Below, piece after piece: positions 1 through 14,455 of a DNA stretch of 64,000 bases. The stretch is from the human T2T-CHM13v2.0 reference genome, Homo sapiens: NCBI RefSeq assembly GCF_009914755.1, contig NC_060944.1; one strand, written 5' to 3'. Position 1 is the first letter of the stretch; every line of letters starts with the position of its first letter. The notes under the pieces were generated by a model. It saw nothing but the letters and a program-made list of their open reading frames with translations. It did no database searches and was not told where the DNA came from. The position numbers and the translations under genes were made by a program.

Positions 1-279
1 GGTTTCTTTCCTTGATCTAGTGTCAGTCCATTTAGAACATTAAGGGGTACTCCACTCCTAGAAATGAAGTGTCCTGTGTGCCCAGTCCCCCCTGACTGGT
101 TTCCCTGACAGTAACTGAAATACTAGGACATTAGACTAAGGGCACAAGGTGGACACACAATACTGCATCTCCAGCCTGTGGCTCCCCCACACTCTCAAGG
201 CTAAAGTTTACTTCTTGCCCATTCATGACTACTGTGTATGGAAGAGGGATACAAAAAAAAAAGGCACAAAAAATCTAAC

Positions 280-509
280 ACATGGACATATGAGGGGGAA
301 CAACAGACACTGGGGCCTGTCAGGATGGGGTAGGTCGTGGGGGAAGGAAGAGCATCAGGAACAATAGCTAATGGATGTTGGGCTTAATACCTAGATGATG
401 GGCTGATCTGTGCACCAAACCACCATGGCACCCATTTAGCTAGGTAACTAACCTGAACATCCCGGACATGTACCCCTGAACTTAAAATAAAAGTTGAAGA
501 AAAAAAAAC
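280..509 (+). mobile_element. L1PA (approx. L1PA11-13) 5'-truncated 3' end
   Basis: L1 3'UTR sequence (acatggacat...catgtacccctgaacttaaaataaaagtt) plus A tail; TSD aatctaac at 272-279 and 510-517. Confidence 0.85.
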
Positions 510-517
510 AATCTAAC

Positions 518-690
518 TGTTCTGGCTCTTTACATATATTACTTCATTTAGTCTTCACAATTCTGGAAAGTGAACTTGACTATGTAAATTTACCCATGGA
601 AAAACAGGGGATCAGAGAAGCAATCCCTTGCCCATCAATGGCGCTTAAAAGTGGCCCATCTGGGATTCAGTTAAAAATGTCTCTCCTTCT
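518..690 (-). mobile_element. MIR fragment
   Basis: Degenerate antisense MIR core (catttagtcttcacaa...catggaaaaacagggg). Confidence 0.5.
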
Positions 691-1088
691 CTTGGTGGTG
701 GGATGTGCTCTGGAAAGTGCCTGAAGTCTGTCAGTCATTCAAGCTCTACTCTAACTAGGTTTGTGAAAAACAGAAGTAGAGCTTACACCCATTGACCAGA
801 GTATTGGGAAGGGTAAGATGCTTTATTGGGATATCTCTATTGAGGGGATATAATTCTTTACTTCCCTTTTATAACAAAGAACTGGCTTAATCAGAAAACA
901 GTGTGAAATTCTGCATGCTTATGCAACTCTCAGCACTTCGGGATATGCACAGTCAAGGAATTCAATGGTAAAAATATAGGTGGGTGACAGACCATCAATT
1001 AATTAATCAATTGAAATAATTTTCAAAATAAAATATGGAGTATCTACCATTTGCCAAGCACTGAGCTCAGAGTCTAGGGTTGAGTGGT

Positions 1089-1501
1089 TGCCTCAGTCTG
1101 ATTTGCAATGCTATAAAAGAATACCCAAAAGTAGGTAATTTATAAAGAAAAGAGGTATATTTGGCTCACAATTCTACAGGCTGTACAAAAAGCATGGCAC
1201 CAGCATCTGCTTCTGGTAGGGGACTCAAGAAGCTTCCAATCATGGTGAAAGGGCAAGGGAGCCAGTTTGTCATAAGGAAAGACAGGAAGGAAGAAGACAG
1301 GGGAGGGGTGCCAGGCTCTTTTAAACAACCAGCTCTCTTGTGAACTAATGTTGTAGGAACTCATTAGCATGGGGAGGGCACCAAGCCATTCATGAGGGAT
1401 CTGCCCCATGACCCCAAAACCTTCCACTATGCCTTACCCCAAACATTGGGGATTCAATCTCAGCATGAGATTTGGAGGGAATAAATATCCAAATTATATC
1501 A
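1089..1501 (-). mobile_element. MST (MSTB-like) ERVL-MaLR solo LTR
   Basis: ggtaatttataaagaaaagagg...ggctcacaattct...ccattcatgagggatctgccccatgacc...attatatca; 5-bp TSD gtggt/gtgat. Confidence 0.88.
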
Positions 1502-1613
1502 GTGATCCTCAAACAATTATTTGTTTGAGCTATATGACGTTGCCAATATTTGACCACCTCACCTATAGAAATGGCATTTCATATAGTTCAACCTGTAATT
1601 ACACAATAAACTA

Positions 1614-2020
<407 letters not shown>

Positions 2021-2169
2021 ACTGACAGAGAAGCTGTTTGTCTGGAGCACAAGACATGATAGAGGTTGGCTCAAGATGCATCCATAGCAGAGGGCAGGGA
2101 GATCAGGCAGGATCTGGCAGACCAAGGTAAAGATTTTGGATTTAATCCTGACATAAAGCTGTTAAAGAA

Positions 2170-2520
2170 AATTTCCCCAACATTTTGTTATATTTTCAAA
2201 ACATAGAAAAAAGTTAAAAGAGTTACACAATGAACTCCCAAATACTCACTCTACCTGGATTTTACAACTAACATTTTGCTATTATCTGTCAAGTCTTCCA
2301 TCTGTCCATCTATCCACTTATCTTATTTTTTGATCCATTTTATAGTAAGTGGCAGTCATAAGTACATTTTACCCCAAACTCTGCAGCATGCGTGTCATTA
2401 ACTATGTAATGTTAGTGACATTACATAGTTAAAGAACTTAAAGTTCCATATTTGTACAGTTTGTTAAGGAACATGTGCATGACAGAAAGTCACAAATTTT
2501 AGGTGTCTTATTCAATGAGC
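2170..2520 (-). mobile_element. Old L1M (L1MD/ME) 3' fragment
   Basis: ttttcaaaacatagaaaaaagttaaaagagttacacaatgaac... is typical antisense L1M 3'UTR. Confidence 0.6.
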
Positions 2521-2918
2521 ATTAAAAGATTTTTTTTAACCAGAGGTGTAACTTGGCTCCAGCTTTTGGGTAATTAATGTCTGGGGATCATGGGGAGATG
2601 GGATTGATGAAAGAAATCAGTTGAGGGGCTATAAAACTAGTTTAGAGGGAGAAGATGGTAAGAAAATCCAGTGGTGGCCATTGGGACAGAAAGAAGAGGA
2701 TGGATTTAAAAGATGTTTTAGAGGTAAAACAGACAGACCTTGATGATGAATTTGATTTGGGTTGATGAGGAACAGGCAGGGTCAGGTCGACTTTTGGTTT
2801 CTGGGTGGATAGTCTGAGATGAGCCAGACTTTGGTAATGGGATTGAGAGGAGAGTCATGAGTGCAAGTTTGGACATGGACCCTCAGGTGCAGACTTTAGT
2901 TAGTTAGAAAACAACTAA

Positions 2919-3250
2919 GGCCGGGCAGGGTGGCTCATGCCTGTAATCCCAGCACTTTGGGAAGCCGAGGTGAGCAGATCACTTGAGCCCAGGAGTTGGA
3001 GACCAGCCTGGGCAACACAGCGAAACCCCATCTCTACAAAAAATACAAAAATTAGCTGGGCGTGGTGGCATGCACCTGTAGTCCCAGCTACTCAGGAAGC
3101 TGAGGTGGGAGGATCACCTGATCCCAGGAATTTGAGGCTTCAGTGAGCCATGATGACGCCATCACACTCCAGCCTAGGCAAGAGAGTGAAACCCTGTCTC
3201 AAAAGAAGAAAGAAAGAAAGAAAAAAAAAAAAAGAAACAAAGAAAAGAAA
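2919..3250 (+). mobile_element. AluJ
   Basis: cttgagcccaggag and gaggcttcagtgagccatgat J diagnostics; TSD agaaaa(c/t)aactaa at 2906-2918 and 3246-3258. Confidence 0.95.
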
Positions 3251-3879
3251 ATAACTAACACTGAACTGCATGTGGAGTTCCCCTTGCCCCTCCCATCCTT
3301 CATCCTTCTCTGGATTCCACCCTTAGTTAGCAACCAACTTTTCCATATGCACACCTAGGGGACCAGAATACAGAGTGCTGACTCACCGTCTGAGGTCACT
3401 AAGCAGCTATTTTGGGAACATCTGGAGGCTTTGTCTTTCCATTTTCAGAAGGAAAACTGTAAACCCAAGAAGCCTTAGTGGAGGCCAGGGCGCACATGCT
3501 GGGCAAACTGGCTAGAGTGCTCCTGGGCTTCAGGCAGGTCCTGAAATGTCAAGCCCACTCCTTTCTGTCACCTAGAGCATCCCCAGGGGAATGTCCAGTT
3601 ACCGGACTCTCACACTCTTCCCATTAGGTCATCTCTAATGCCAAAGGGGTGCCTGACAAAAAGACCTCATTGGCTACTAGGTGCTTCCAACTTAGCCATC
3701 GTTGGAGGATTGTGGGTTTGAACTGGCGGTCCAGACAGAAACTGGCTGACACCCACAGGGAATGCATTGTTGCCCCATCTCAGGCTTTGAGTTCCTTGAG
3801 GACATGGATCACTCATCTCCATACCCCACAAATGGGCAGGAAATGATTGAGGAAGGAAGAATGAAGAGAAGATATCCCA

Positions 3880-4090
3880 CTCATCAGACATTTGTTATAT
3901 TCCAGGCACCAAACTGAGCACAGGAACAAAAAGATGCATTAGACACAGACCTTACCTAGTTGCAGAGACAGGAATGGGAGATAAGCATGAAAAGGGTATG
4001 CAAAACGCAGAAAGACAACAAACATCTACAAGATCAGGAATAAGGTTCCCAGGACAGGTGACATTTGAGGTGGGTTTTGACAGAGGACCT
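3880..4090 (-). mobile_element. L2 3' fragment
   Basis: ttatattccaggcacc...ggacaggtgacatttgaggtgggttttga. Confidence 0.5.
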
Positions 4091-5409
4091 GATAGAACTC
4101 AGGCAAAGGGAGGAATAGAAACTGCAACACAGTGGGGTGGAAAAGAAAGAGGCTGTGGGTTCACATCCCAGCTCTGCCTTTTTATGTTGGGCAAATGAGG
4201 TCTTTCGAAGGAGGTTGCTAACTCCAGTCTCATACCGGCTGCTGTAAGCATGCAGTAAGATAATATATGCTCTGGGCAGATCATAATAAAAGCTCATCTT
4301 TATTGAGTTCTTACTGGCTTGTACCAGAAACTTTCTATAATTTTCTCATTTATTGCTTACAACACCAAGTATTTGTCATATGGGGTATGATCTTGTAAAT
4401 TAATTCATTTTTCATGGGAGGAAACTGAGTTAAGGAGATGAGCTAATTTGGTAGAAATAGTACTTTAGCCAGGCAGGATGATGGCAGAAACAAAATGATT
4501 AAAGGTTATGTTATAGCCCCTTCTTGTCCTCAGAGACTCTTCATTGTTTGTGGATCTTGGACCTTTATGAGAATCAATTTCTCCCCCAGACAAACAAACA
4601 AAAAAATGCTTATTCATTTTGTTTGTAAACTCAGGGAGTTTTTGGAACCCCCAAAGTCTGTTCACAGACTCCACGTTTATAACCCCTCTGACACCAAACC
4701 ACCCGGCCACACTGTGCAGAACTCACTTACTCCATGTGGCCAAGGTGGGAGGAGAAAAAAAACCAGAAGAGCGGCTCAGGGAAGATGCCTCCACCTTGCC
4801 CAGACTAGTGGCAGTTGGAGGCTGCCATAGGGGGAAAGCAGGCACTGAGCACCCTGCCCTGGGGAGGAGGAGGAGGATGCATCAATGACACAACAGTCAG
4901 GGTAAGGTGGGATGGCCCCGAGCCAGAGCGGCACCTCCTAGGCACCCCGAGCATCGCTCTGAGTCAGGGTGGCAGTCACTGAGGCCATCGTTGCCTGCCA
5001 GGAAAGCACAAGGGAGAAGCCCAGCAGGAGCCAGAGCTGTCTGCACATGGCAGCAACATCAGAGCTCAGCCTGGGCTGTGGGGTGGGGTGACATTGGCAC
5101 AGCTCAGCCATGTGTCTGCAACCCAGACCAGCCCTGGCCTGGGGAAGCTTGGGGAGGGCCTGGCAGAACTCCCTTCCAAGGGAGGAGGTTGCACAGGACA
5201 GGATCCCAAGAGGCCTGAGATGGGGATGAAGCTGGGCCAGGGTGAGGCCACTTCCCCACAGCCCTGGAAATGGGAGGTCCCGGGCTACCTTGGGAGGATG
5301 AATTAGCCCACATCCTGCTAGCGGTTGAGGGGGTTACATTATTCTACCTTCTAATCTAGAAACGTTTATAGAGGTTATTTTTTTCTTGCAGGGGTTTCAA
5401 GTACTCATG

Positions 5410-5605
5410 AGTTTATTTTTTCAACTTTTTAACTTTGAAATGAATATAGACTCATTTCAACTTGCAATAATAGCACATGGAGTCCCTTGAACCCTTTGCC
5501 TAGCTCCCTCCAATGATGACATCTTATCATTGTAATACAATATAAAAACCAGAAGACTGACATCTGTAAAACACTGTTAGCTAGGTTACACTCCTTATTT
5601 AGTTA
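5410..5605 (-). mobile_element. Old L1M 3' end
   Basis: actttgaaatgaatatagactca...ccaatgatgacatctta...aaaaccagaagactgacat. Confidence 0.6.
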
Positions 5606-5929
5606 TCAAATGTGTGTGAAGCTTTAAATAAATGGCTTGCATTTACAGGACCTCATCTTAGTGCTGTTCCACCTCCCAGGCCCATGAAGTAAGGCTGATG
5701 TTAGTTTGATTGGGAGGCAGAGCAAGAGACAGAGAGGGGTCAGGAGAGAAGAATGGAGACACAAGCAGCAGTCTTTTCTGAGGTCGAAATTATGGCCATG
5801 CCATGTGGCTCAGACACAGTCAGACTTGACCTGACCCCTCTGTGAACCATCGCAGCACAGGACACAGGCCAGGTGGCACTCTTGGCACATACCTGGGAGC
5901 TTCCGTGCCTACTCTCCTTGCTTATTCTA

Positions 5930-6376
5930 TGCAGTGGGTTGAATGGTGCCCCTCAAAAGACATGTCCATGTCCTAACCCCTAGAACCTATGAATGTGACC
6001 TTACTTAGAAAAGGGGTCTTTGTAGACGTAATTGAGTTAAGGATCTTGAAATGAGAACATCGTGGATTATCCACATGAGCCTTAAATACATTGATAAGTG
6101 TCCTTATAGGAGACATCCAGAGGAGAGACACAGACAGAAGAAAAGGCCACGTGAAGACAGAGGCAGATTGGAGTGCTGCAGCCACAAGTATGTGGACACC
6201 ACCAGTAGCTGGAAGAAGAAAGCAGGAATCCTCTCCTAGAACTTCCAGGGAGAGTAGGGCCGAGCTCACACCACAATTTCAGGCTTCTTTCCTCCAGAAC
6301 TATCGGAGAATAAAATTCTGCTGTTTTAAGCCAAGTTTGTGGTCATTTGTTATGGCAGCCCTAGGAAACCAACATA
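5930..6376 (+). mobile_element. MLT1C MaLR solo LTR
   Basis: tgcagtgggttgaatggtgccc...gttatggcagccctaggaaaccaaca; perfect 5-bp TSD ttcta at 5925-5929 and 6377-6381. Confidence 0.9.
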
Positions 6377-7109
6377 TTCTATAATGCAAACGGCCCCTCT
6401 GCACAGCCCTTGCCTTTCATAGAGCAGGTAGACAGACATTACTGGTTTGTAACCACTAACAAATGGTCCTCAGGAATCAAGGCAGAACAGTTGATGCCAG
6501 TTCACCAACAAGGAAAGCTGGGCACAGAGCACTCTGCTGACCTGCCCAAGGATGCAAAGCTTAGGTGGTTGAGCAGTGACTCAAACCCATCTTTTGCTTA
6601 TGCCCAAGCCTCATTAAGATCCTTGCTAAGATCATCCAGGGCCATTCTGAGGGACAGTTGGTTGCCTGTTGTAGCATGTTTTTGTTCTAGAGTTCAATCT
6701 CTTTATTTTTAAAAATTGCCAACTGGCAAATGTCAGCATCTCAAAGAAGGGCATTGACCAGGTACTTGGTTATCTTTTCATGTGCCCCTGCCTCCATCTG
6801 AGACAAGGGGTAAAGGGAATCACCGAGAAGGTGGGCAGGGCCACCCCCCACACAGCAAGCCCTAGGGAAGGAAGGTGGAGTCTGGATCCCCACGAATGTC
6901 CAGTGGAACATCCACTGCCTTCTGCTGCAGCTGTGGGCAGCTGCTGTTCCCTGGCAGGCCCCAAAAGGGCCCCCTGAAAGCCAAGTTCTCAGCCAACCAG
7001 TCCCCTCTGTGCTTCTGAAGACTAACGCAGGTCAAGTTATCCCCACAGTCCTAACCTGGTCTGCCAGAGCATCTTCCCCCTACACACTTTCCCTTGGAGT
7101 CCAGTACTT

Positions 7110-7780
7110 TATTTTTATTTTTATTTTTGAAAAGGTATTACATATACATGGGAGGAAAAAAAAATCAAAACATCATCTCCCTCCCACTCAGAACATGAGT
7201 TCCTGAATTCTCCTTCCCAGAAATAACAACTATTACCAGTTACTTGGGTTTCCTTCCAGGCAGAAGCATGTAGAGCTAAACATGTCCTTCTTTTATACAA
7301 ATGAGAGGACCCTGTGTGCATCATTCTGCGCCTTTTCCCATTTGATATAGCTTGAAGATTTCCCCCAAACAGTACACATTCTTGATAACAGCTTCCACAG
7401 TATTGCCTTGCATAAATAAACTGAAATTTCTTTCATCTGCCGCCTGTAAAGCAACACTTAGGGTGTTTCTAATATGTTCTCACCATAAGCAGTGCTGTGA
7501 TGCATAGCTTGTACACTCATATTTGTATTTTTAGTAGAGACAGGTATGTCTCTACTTCACACATATGTAAAAGTGTCTCCATAAGATCAATTCCTGAAAG
7601 AAAATTTGTTGCCTCAATGGATACATGCATTTTAAAATTTAATGGAAACTGTAAAATTGCCCTCCAAATGGCTTGTAGGAATTTATCGAGCCAGCCAGCA
7701 GTCAGTATCTGTTTCCTTGCAATTGTACCCTAATGATGTGTGATCAAATCTTTTGTCTTTGCAAATCAGCTAAGTAGCAA
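7110..7780 (-). mobile_element. Old L1ME fragment
   Basis: Antisense L1M motifs (attcctgaaag...gtaaaattgccctccaaa). Confidence 0.55.
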
Positions 7781-7799
7781 TAAACATATGAGTGCTATG

Positions 7800-7920
7800 A
7801 AGGATCTGGTGATGTGATAGGAATGTGTACATATGAGTATGTATGTAGAAATCATTGAGCTGCACACTTAGAATTAGAGTACCTAAGGAACTTTATGCAT
7901 GCTGTACCTCAATAAAAAGA
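7800..7920 (+). mobile_element. L1MC4/L1ME 3' end
   Basis: aaatcattgagctgcacacttag...tacctcaataaaaa. Confidence 0.6.
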
Positions 7921-7927
7921 AAAATGA

Positions 7928-8222
<295 letters not shown>

Positions 8223-8239
8223 GAAACAATATGAAGAAA

Positions 8240-8975
8240 ACAGGATGCTGAGATTCAAGAATAAGAGGGTCCCTTCCTTACACTGGGCGGTCTTGAAGTG
8301 CCTCACTTGCAACCTTAGGAGCAATGAGACTCCCACAAAGGAGTATCTGGAACCCATGTGAAAGAAGGTTTCAGATACAAGGAAGAGCACTGACAATGGA
8401 CAGGGAAGGAGGCAGACTTGCTTGAGGAAGTGAAAACAGCAAGCTAGGGGGACTGGTCCCAGATGAGGCTGGAAAGGTTATCAGAGTCCAGATCAAACAG
8501 AGCCTCTTAGGCAAGAAGTTGGGGTTATTTTCTCATAGAAATGGGAAACCATTGAAAGGATTTAAGCACATGAGTGACAGGATCCAGCCAGTTTTGTTGT
8601 TTTGTTTTTTAATCACACAGCTGCCTGGAGAGTGGATTTTAGGAGGGAAAGAATGGAAGAGCAGAGACAAATTAGAAGTCTGCTGTGTTTTTTTAAGCTG
8701 AGAGATGATAGTGGCTTGGATCAGGATGATGATAAAAATAGGCAGAGGTGGAAAGATTATGTATATATTTAGGAGGAATGATCTATGAGACATCTATCCT
8801 GATCAAGAGACGGTCAGCTTTCTGGCTGGGCCTAGTGGGTGGGTCATGGTGCCATTGTACCAAAAGTGAAGAAGGCTTAGGTAGGTTTAGATTGAGGTCA
8901 TAGGGAGAAAAATCAAAAGTCTGGCTTTAATCATATTAAGTTGTAGAGGTCTAAGAGGCAAGAGACATCAAAATG
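8240..8975 (-). mobile_element. L2 fragment
   Basis: agatgaggctggaaagg...aatgggaaaccattgaaaggatttaagca...gagagatgatagtggcttgga. Confidence 0.7.
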
Positions 8976-10050
8976 GAATCACCCAGAGGAGAGTAATTGG
9001 TGGGCTGTGAAATGAAATGTCTGTGTTTACGTGCACTTGCACAGAGACCCAAACTACCATCACCCCTGCTTTAGGCCGAAATTTCACAGAATTGTGGGCA
9101 ATGTCTGTCTATAGCCATGAGATCAGAACAACTCTGTTTCATGGGGATAGTATTTTTCTCCACAGTTTGACTCTAGGCTCTTCAAGAGCAGAGACTGAAT
9201 GTTAAATCTCCTAAACCCTCAGGACCATAGCATATGCTCCCCAAACAGGTAAGTGGCTGAGTTGAGGGCTCATCACAGATTTAGCTCATGGGATCTCAAA
9301 TGAAAGCAGTTACCTGAGCTCAGATCAGTATCCACTAGGAGAAGCATGGGCCTGGCCGTTGGCAAGCGGACAGAAGAAAGCCCAATTCCCCAACCCACTG
9401 GATTCAAAAGACCCCACGGGCATTGCTTCCAGCATCCAAATGAGCAAATCCAGAAGTCATTGTTAATGGTGCTGGGCCTGGTGCCACCTTTGTCAAATGG
9501 AGACTGCGAAAGGTTCAGGAAATCCCACAGAACGCCTAATCCCTCTTTTTTGGGGGAAAAACTGCTACTATCAACCCATCTGTCCCATAGCAAATGTGCC
9601 ATCAAAAAAGCCAATAAGACTCCCAAACTTGGCTTATTTTATCTGTCCCCAAAACTAGCCATTACCTCTGTCCCACAGTCTCCAAGTTTAGTCCTTCCAA
9701 GCTGTCCTCTGCAGGGCCGCTAACATGCAAATCTTAACATCCTGCCTCCCTTCTTAAAACTCCTTGATGGTTCCTGTTGTCTTTAAGGTAGAGCCCAAAC
9801 CAGTCACACATATCTTTTACGATCTGGCCTCTAACAACTTTTCCACTCATACACCCTGACTTCTAGACTAATACACCTTCTCTCTGTTCCCCGAGCATGC
9901 TACAACCTCATTTCTCAATTCTTTGCTTGAAAGAGCTAGTTAATATTTAAAAGAAAATAATATGGGGAGATGCTAAGTTCTTGGGGAACACAGATTAAAA
10001 TGGGATAATCTTTTCCAGTTATAAATTGGTAAAAATTGTTGAAGATTTAA

Positions 10051-10390
<340 letters not shown>

Positions 10391-10399
10391 AAAGCCGTT

Positions 10400-10766
10400 T
10401 ATTAATCTGTTGGTAAACACATAAGTTATGTCACATTTAAAGTCCTGCACACATTTAAAAGGCAGATGTGCTTTCACCCCAGCCACCAAACTTCCAGAAT
10501 TCTTGTCCATCAGACTACTTGGACAAATATATACATAAAACATGTTTACTCCAGCCTTATTTGTCATAGCAAAAATAGGAGACAATTTAAAGGCTCCAAA
10601 AAACAGAGCAGCTAAGTCACTTATGGCACATCCTAAGTGGTGAATTCTAAGAAGTTGTTAAAAAGAATGAGGTGAAGTCATATGAAATGATTTGGAGGGA
10701 TGTGTATGTTATTTTGTTAAGGCTGAAAAAATAGCTGTAAAATCAGATTATATGATCCAGTTTTTG

Positions 10767-10800
<34 letters not shown>

Positions 10801-11015
10801 AAGAAAAGAATGAAGAGAGAAATCTAGTATGCACATCATTTCTCTCGTGGCAGTTCCCCTGGGCAGTGGGAGTGGGGAATGATGAGCAAATAGGAAAGAC
10901 TTTCATATTTTACTTTGTACATTGCTATATAATTAACATATTTTCTTCACAAACATGCACTCCTTTTGAAATTAAAAGAAGATATATATAATAAATAATA
11001 ATTAATAAAAATTTT
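10400..11015 (+). mobile_element. Old L1ME fragment
   Basis: catgtttactccagccttatttgtcatagcaaaa...; contains a 31-A run. Confidence 0.55.
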
Positions 11016-11574
11016 TAAAGAGCCACAGGACAATGAGTTAGCAAGGGCAATTGCTGCTGATAGTTGAAGAAGAATCAAGCCTCGAAGAACATGGAAGAAT
11101 GTTCCCCAAGATCTGAAAGGAGGTGGTTTAGGAGGTAGAAGTAAGAAGAGGGAGGCCATTTGCACATAGACCCCAAATTCAAAGCAGGCTTCAGAGCAGA
11201 CACTTCCAGGGCCTTATTTGTGCAAAGTGGCAGCTGGGAGACCATGTTATAAGAACTGACTGAGATCAGAAGGTGAACAGCATGTGAGCCCCTGTGAGGA
11301 TCACTCAGGACCGCTGATCTCCTAGGACCAGTTGTCTGGCCATTGCTGAGAGCCATCAGCTCTGTACCTGGCGCCCTGCTGGGGCCAACCCTTGTCTCTG
11401 TTCACATGACCTGGTGGGAGCATCCACCAGAAACAAATGTAAGACGAATATCTCAAGAGAGAAATGATTCTAAAGGAAGAGAGGCTAGAGCTAGTTCAGA
11501 CCTCAGCTAGTATGCTGTCTGGACCTCATATATCCTTTGTCCTGCCCTCAGTTCTCATGCCTGAGTCCTGAGCC

Positions 11575-11745
11575 AAGGGGGTGTGTGAAGAATTAGAATG
11601 AATGGGGTGCTGGTCACATTCTTTGTCTTGATCTGGGTGCTGGTCGCATAGGTATATTCAGTTTGAGAAAATTCAACAACAGCTGTACACGTAGGATGTG
11701 TGCACATATGCATACTATAGTCAATAAAAATTATTAATAAAATTA
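11575..11745 (+). mobile_element. L1MC4/L1ME 3' end
   Basis: ggggtgctggtcacattct...ttgatctgggtgctgg...caataaaaa. Confidence 0.65.
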
Positions 11746-11968
11746 AATGTCCCTCAATCTCCACTGTATCATTTTTCTTAAAAAGATATAGCAGATAAGG
11801 AGGGAGGGTTCTTTGGACCTTAGGAGAGCAAAATGAGAGGACTCTTTTGTTTACTTGGGCATCTCAGGGGTCATAGCCTTCCTCCCAGCATGAGTGGAGC
11901 CCACAGTGATGGTGGTGCCCATGAGCTCTATTGTAAACACCTAGACAGGGTTACGGATGTAGCCATAG

Positions 11969-12466
<498 letters not shown>

Positions 12467-12554
12467 TAAGGTCTTTTCTCCTCTTGCTTGTTGACAAAAC
12501 TTTAGACATCCTTGAAGGTGCAATCTTTTCCCCATGACACTTTCTCTGACTTCT

Positions 12555-12745
12555 TTGTACAGGTTTTCTCAAAGTTTTGTCCTCCCACCCTGACTACTTG
12601 TCCTAGAATCACCTGGGGAGATAGTTGAATTTGTAGATTTATGACCCTCTTCCCAGACTGGCTGAAGTATAATATCTGGAGCTCATGAATCTACATTTTA
12701 AGGCAATTTTGTTGCTCATTGTAGTTGATCATCTTTGGGTTAGAT
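12555..12745. mobile_element. MER5-type hAT-Charlie MITE
   Basis: ggttttctcaaag...tagaatcacctggggag...atgaatctacatttta. Confidence 0.55.
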
Positions 12746-12769
12746 GACGAATTCCTTTCTTTTCTAGGC

Positions 12770-12965
12770 ATTCAGACCTCCTTAACATCTGCATTCTGTG
12801 GCCCAGGGTTTATTGATCCCAGGACTGTCTTCTCCATGAGACTGCAGCCCCTCAAGGGCAGTGACTATATCCAATTCAACTAACTTTCCTCAGGGTTTGA
12901 CATAGGACCCATGACAAGAGATGTTCAATAAATATGTGCTGAATGAATGAATGAATGAATGAATC
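12770..12965 (+). mobile_element. L2 3' end with (TGAA)n tail
   Basis: gttcaataaatatgtgctgaatgaatgaatgaa. Confidence 0.7.
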
Positions 12966-13309
12966 TTCATCATCACACAATCACTGGGGTCCCAAGGATG
13001 AGACTTGCATGGTGGGCCAGTGCAGATACAGAGCTGGGCTTGGTTCAGGTACATTTTTGCCACTCTGAGGAACTCCAGCTTGTGATCCCAGGCTATCCTT
13101 AGTAGAGAGGAGCCAGGATTGGTGAGATAATAGGGAAACTTCAAAAGCCAGTGAAACCAGCCAGAGGAGCCACCCAGTAACCCAGATTATGGGATTCAGT
13201 TTCTATACATTAGGCTATCTCACCATTAACATTAAAAGAGCTGTGGCATAAATCACAAGCAGCATGGTTCCAAAGATTAAGGACCCCTCTTACCAGCAAA
13301 TTCAAGGTC

Positions 13310-13650
13310 CCTTAAGAGTATAGAACAGTAATCTCAAGCTCGCACTGCAAAGCCAGTGACCTGGGTTCAATTCCTTATTCAACTTGTTAACTATGTTTTG
13401 GGCTTGTTTCCCCTATGATTCTCAGTTGTCCCATCTATAAGCTGAGAAAAATACTATTGCTTAACTCCAAGAGTTGTTGCATCAGGTTAGATCATCCATG
13501 CAACAAATATTCCTTACACTCCTACTGTGTACCCATGCCCGGTACTGTTCCAAGTGCCAGGGAGTTAACAGTAAAGAAAGCAAGCACAAAACCCTGTCTT
13601 GAGGGTTAATTCATGTAAAGCAGAGTCCGTAGCACAGAGTCATTGCTTCA
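13310..13650 (+). mobile_element. MIR interrupted by an antisense L2 3' end (~13495-13605)
   Basis: gacctgggttcaattcc...ctcagttgtcccatctataa; catgcaacaaatattcc...ctactgtgt. Confidence 0.55.
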
Positions 13651-14269
13651 GGTGGTCAAAGGAGACTCTTTATATCCAGACCTGATGGACCTTAAAGAGC
13701 AATCTCTAAGCTGGCTGTCAGTTCCTGCATCTAGAAATTAAGACACGCAAGGAAGGTAGCAAAAGTCATCCCCAGATCCTGTGCAATGGTCAAAGAGGTA
13801 TAGTAAATGGCTAATAAATAGAAGCTGTGAAAATTGCAACTGTAATACCCAACTTGCCCTGGGGGAGCACAGAGGCAGAGGCAGTGCCTCTTAGGGCCCT
13901 GAAGCCCAGACAGGAGCTGTGTAAACAAAGCGCTTCAGGAGGAAAGGATGCCAAAATGTGTCCCCAGCCACAGAGTGGCTCAGCAGACTCCCCCGGCTCC
14001 AATTCTTGGAAATAAGTAGCTCCTTTTTTCCAGAAGAAAATAAACTTAAACAGGAAAGTGCTTCATGATTCAGTGGGTTACTCGGGGCCCTGGAAGTGTG
14101 AGTGTGCCTGAAGACGTCGGCAGTGGTTTACGGAGCACCCCAGCATTGGGGAAGAAGCCCAGTTTCCTGAAAGTGAGCATGGCCTGAGTCTGTGTCTGTT
14201 TATGCCCATGTCCCTGGTACAGTGCATGCTAACACGTGCCTCTGTACATTTGTATAGTGGGTGCACATG

Positions 14270-14455
14270 TGTCCAGGTGTGTGTGTGAGTGTGTGTGCTC
14301 CCATGCAGGTTGGTGGGAATATGTGCCTGTATGTGGCTTTGCCTCTGCTCCTGAGGACCTGGGTTTATAATTTCCACACACATTTCTCTGTGTGTGTGTG
14401 TGTGTGTGTGTGCTGTATGCACCTGTATTTGCTTGTGTCTATGTCTGTGTGCTTG
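14270..14455. repeat. TG-rich low-complexity tract with pure (TG)n at ~14388-14412
   Basis: Direct inspection. Confidence 0.85.
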
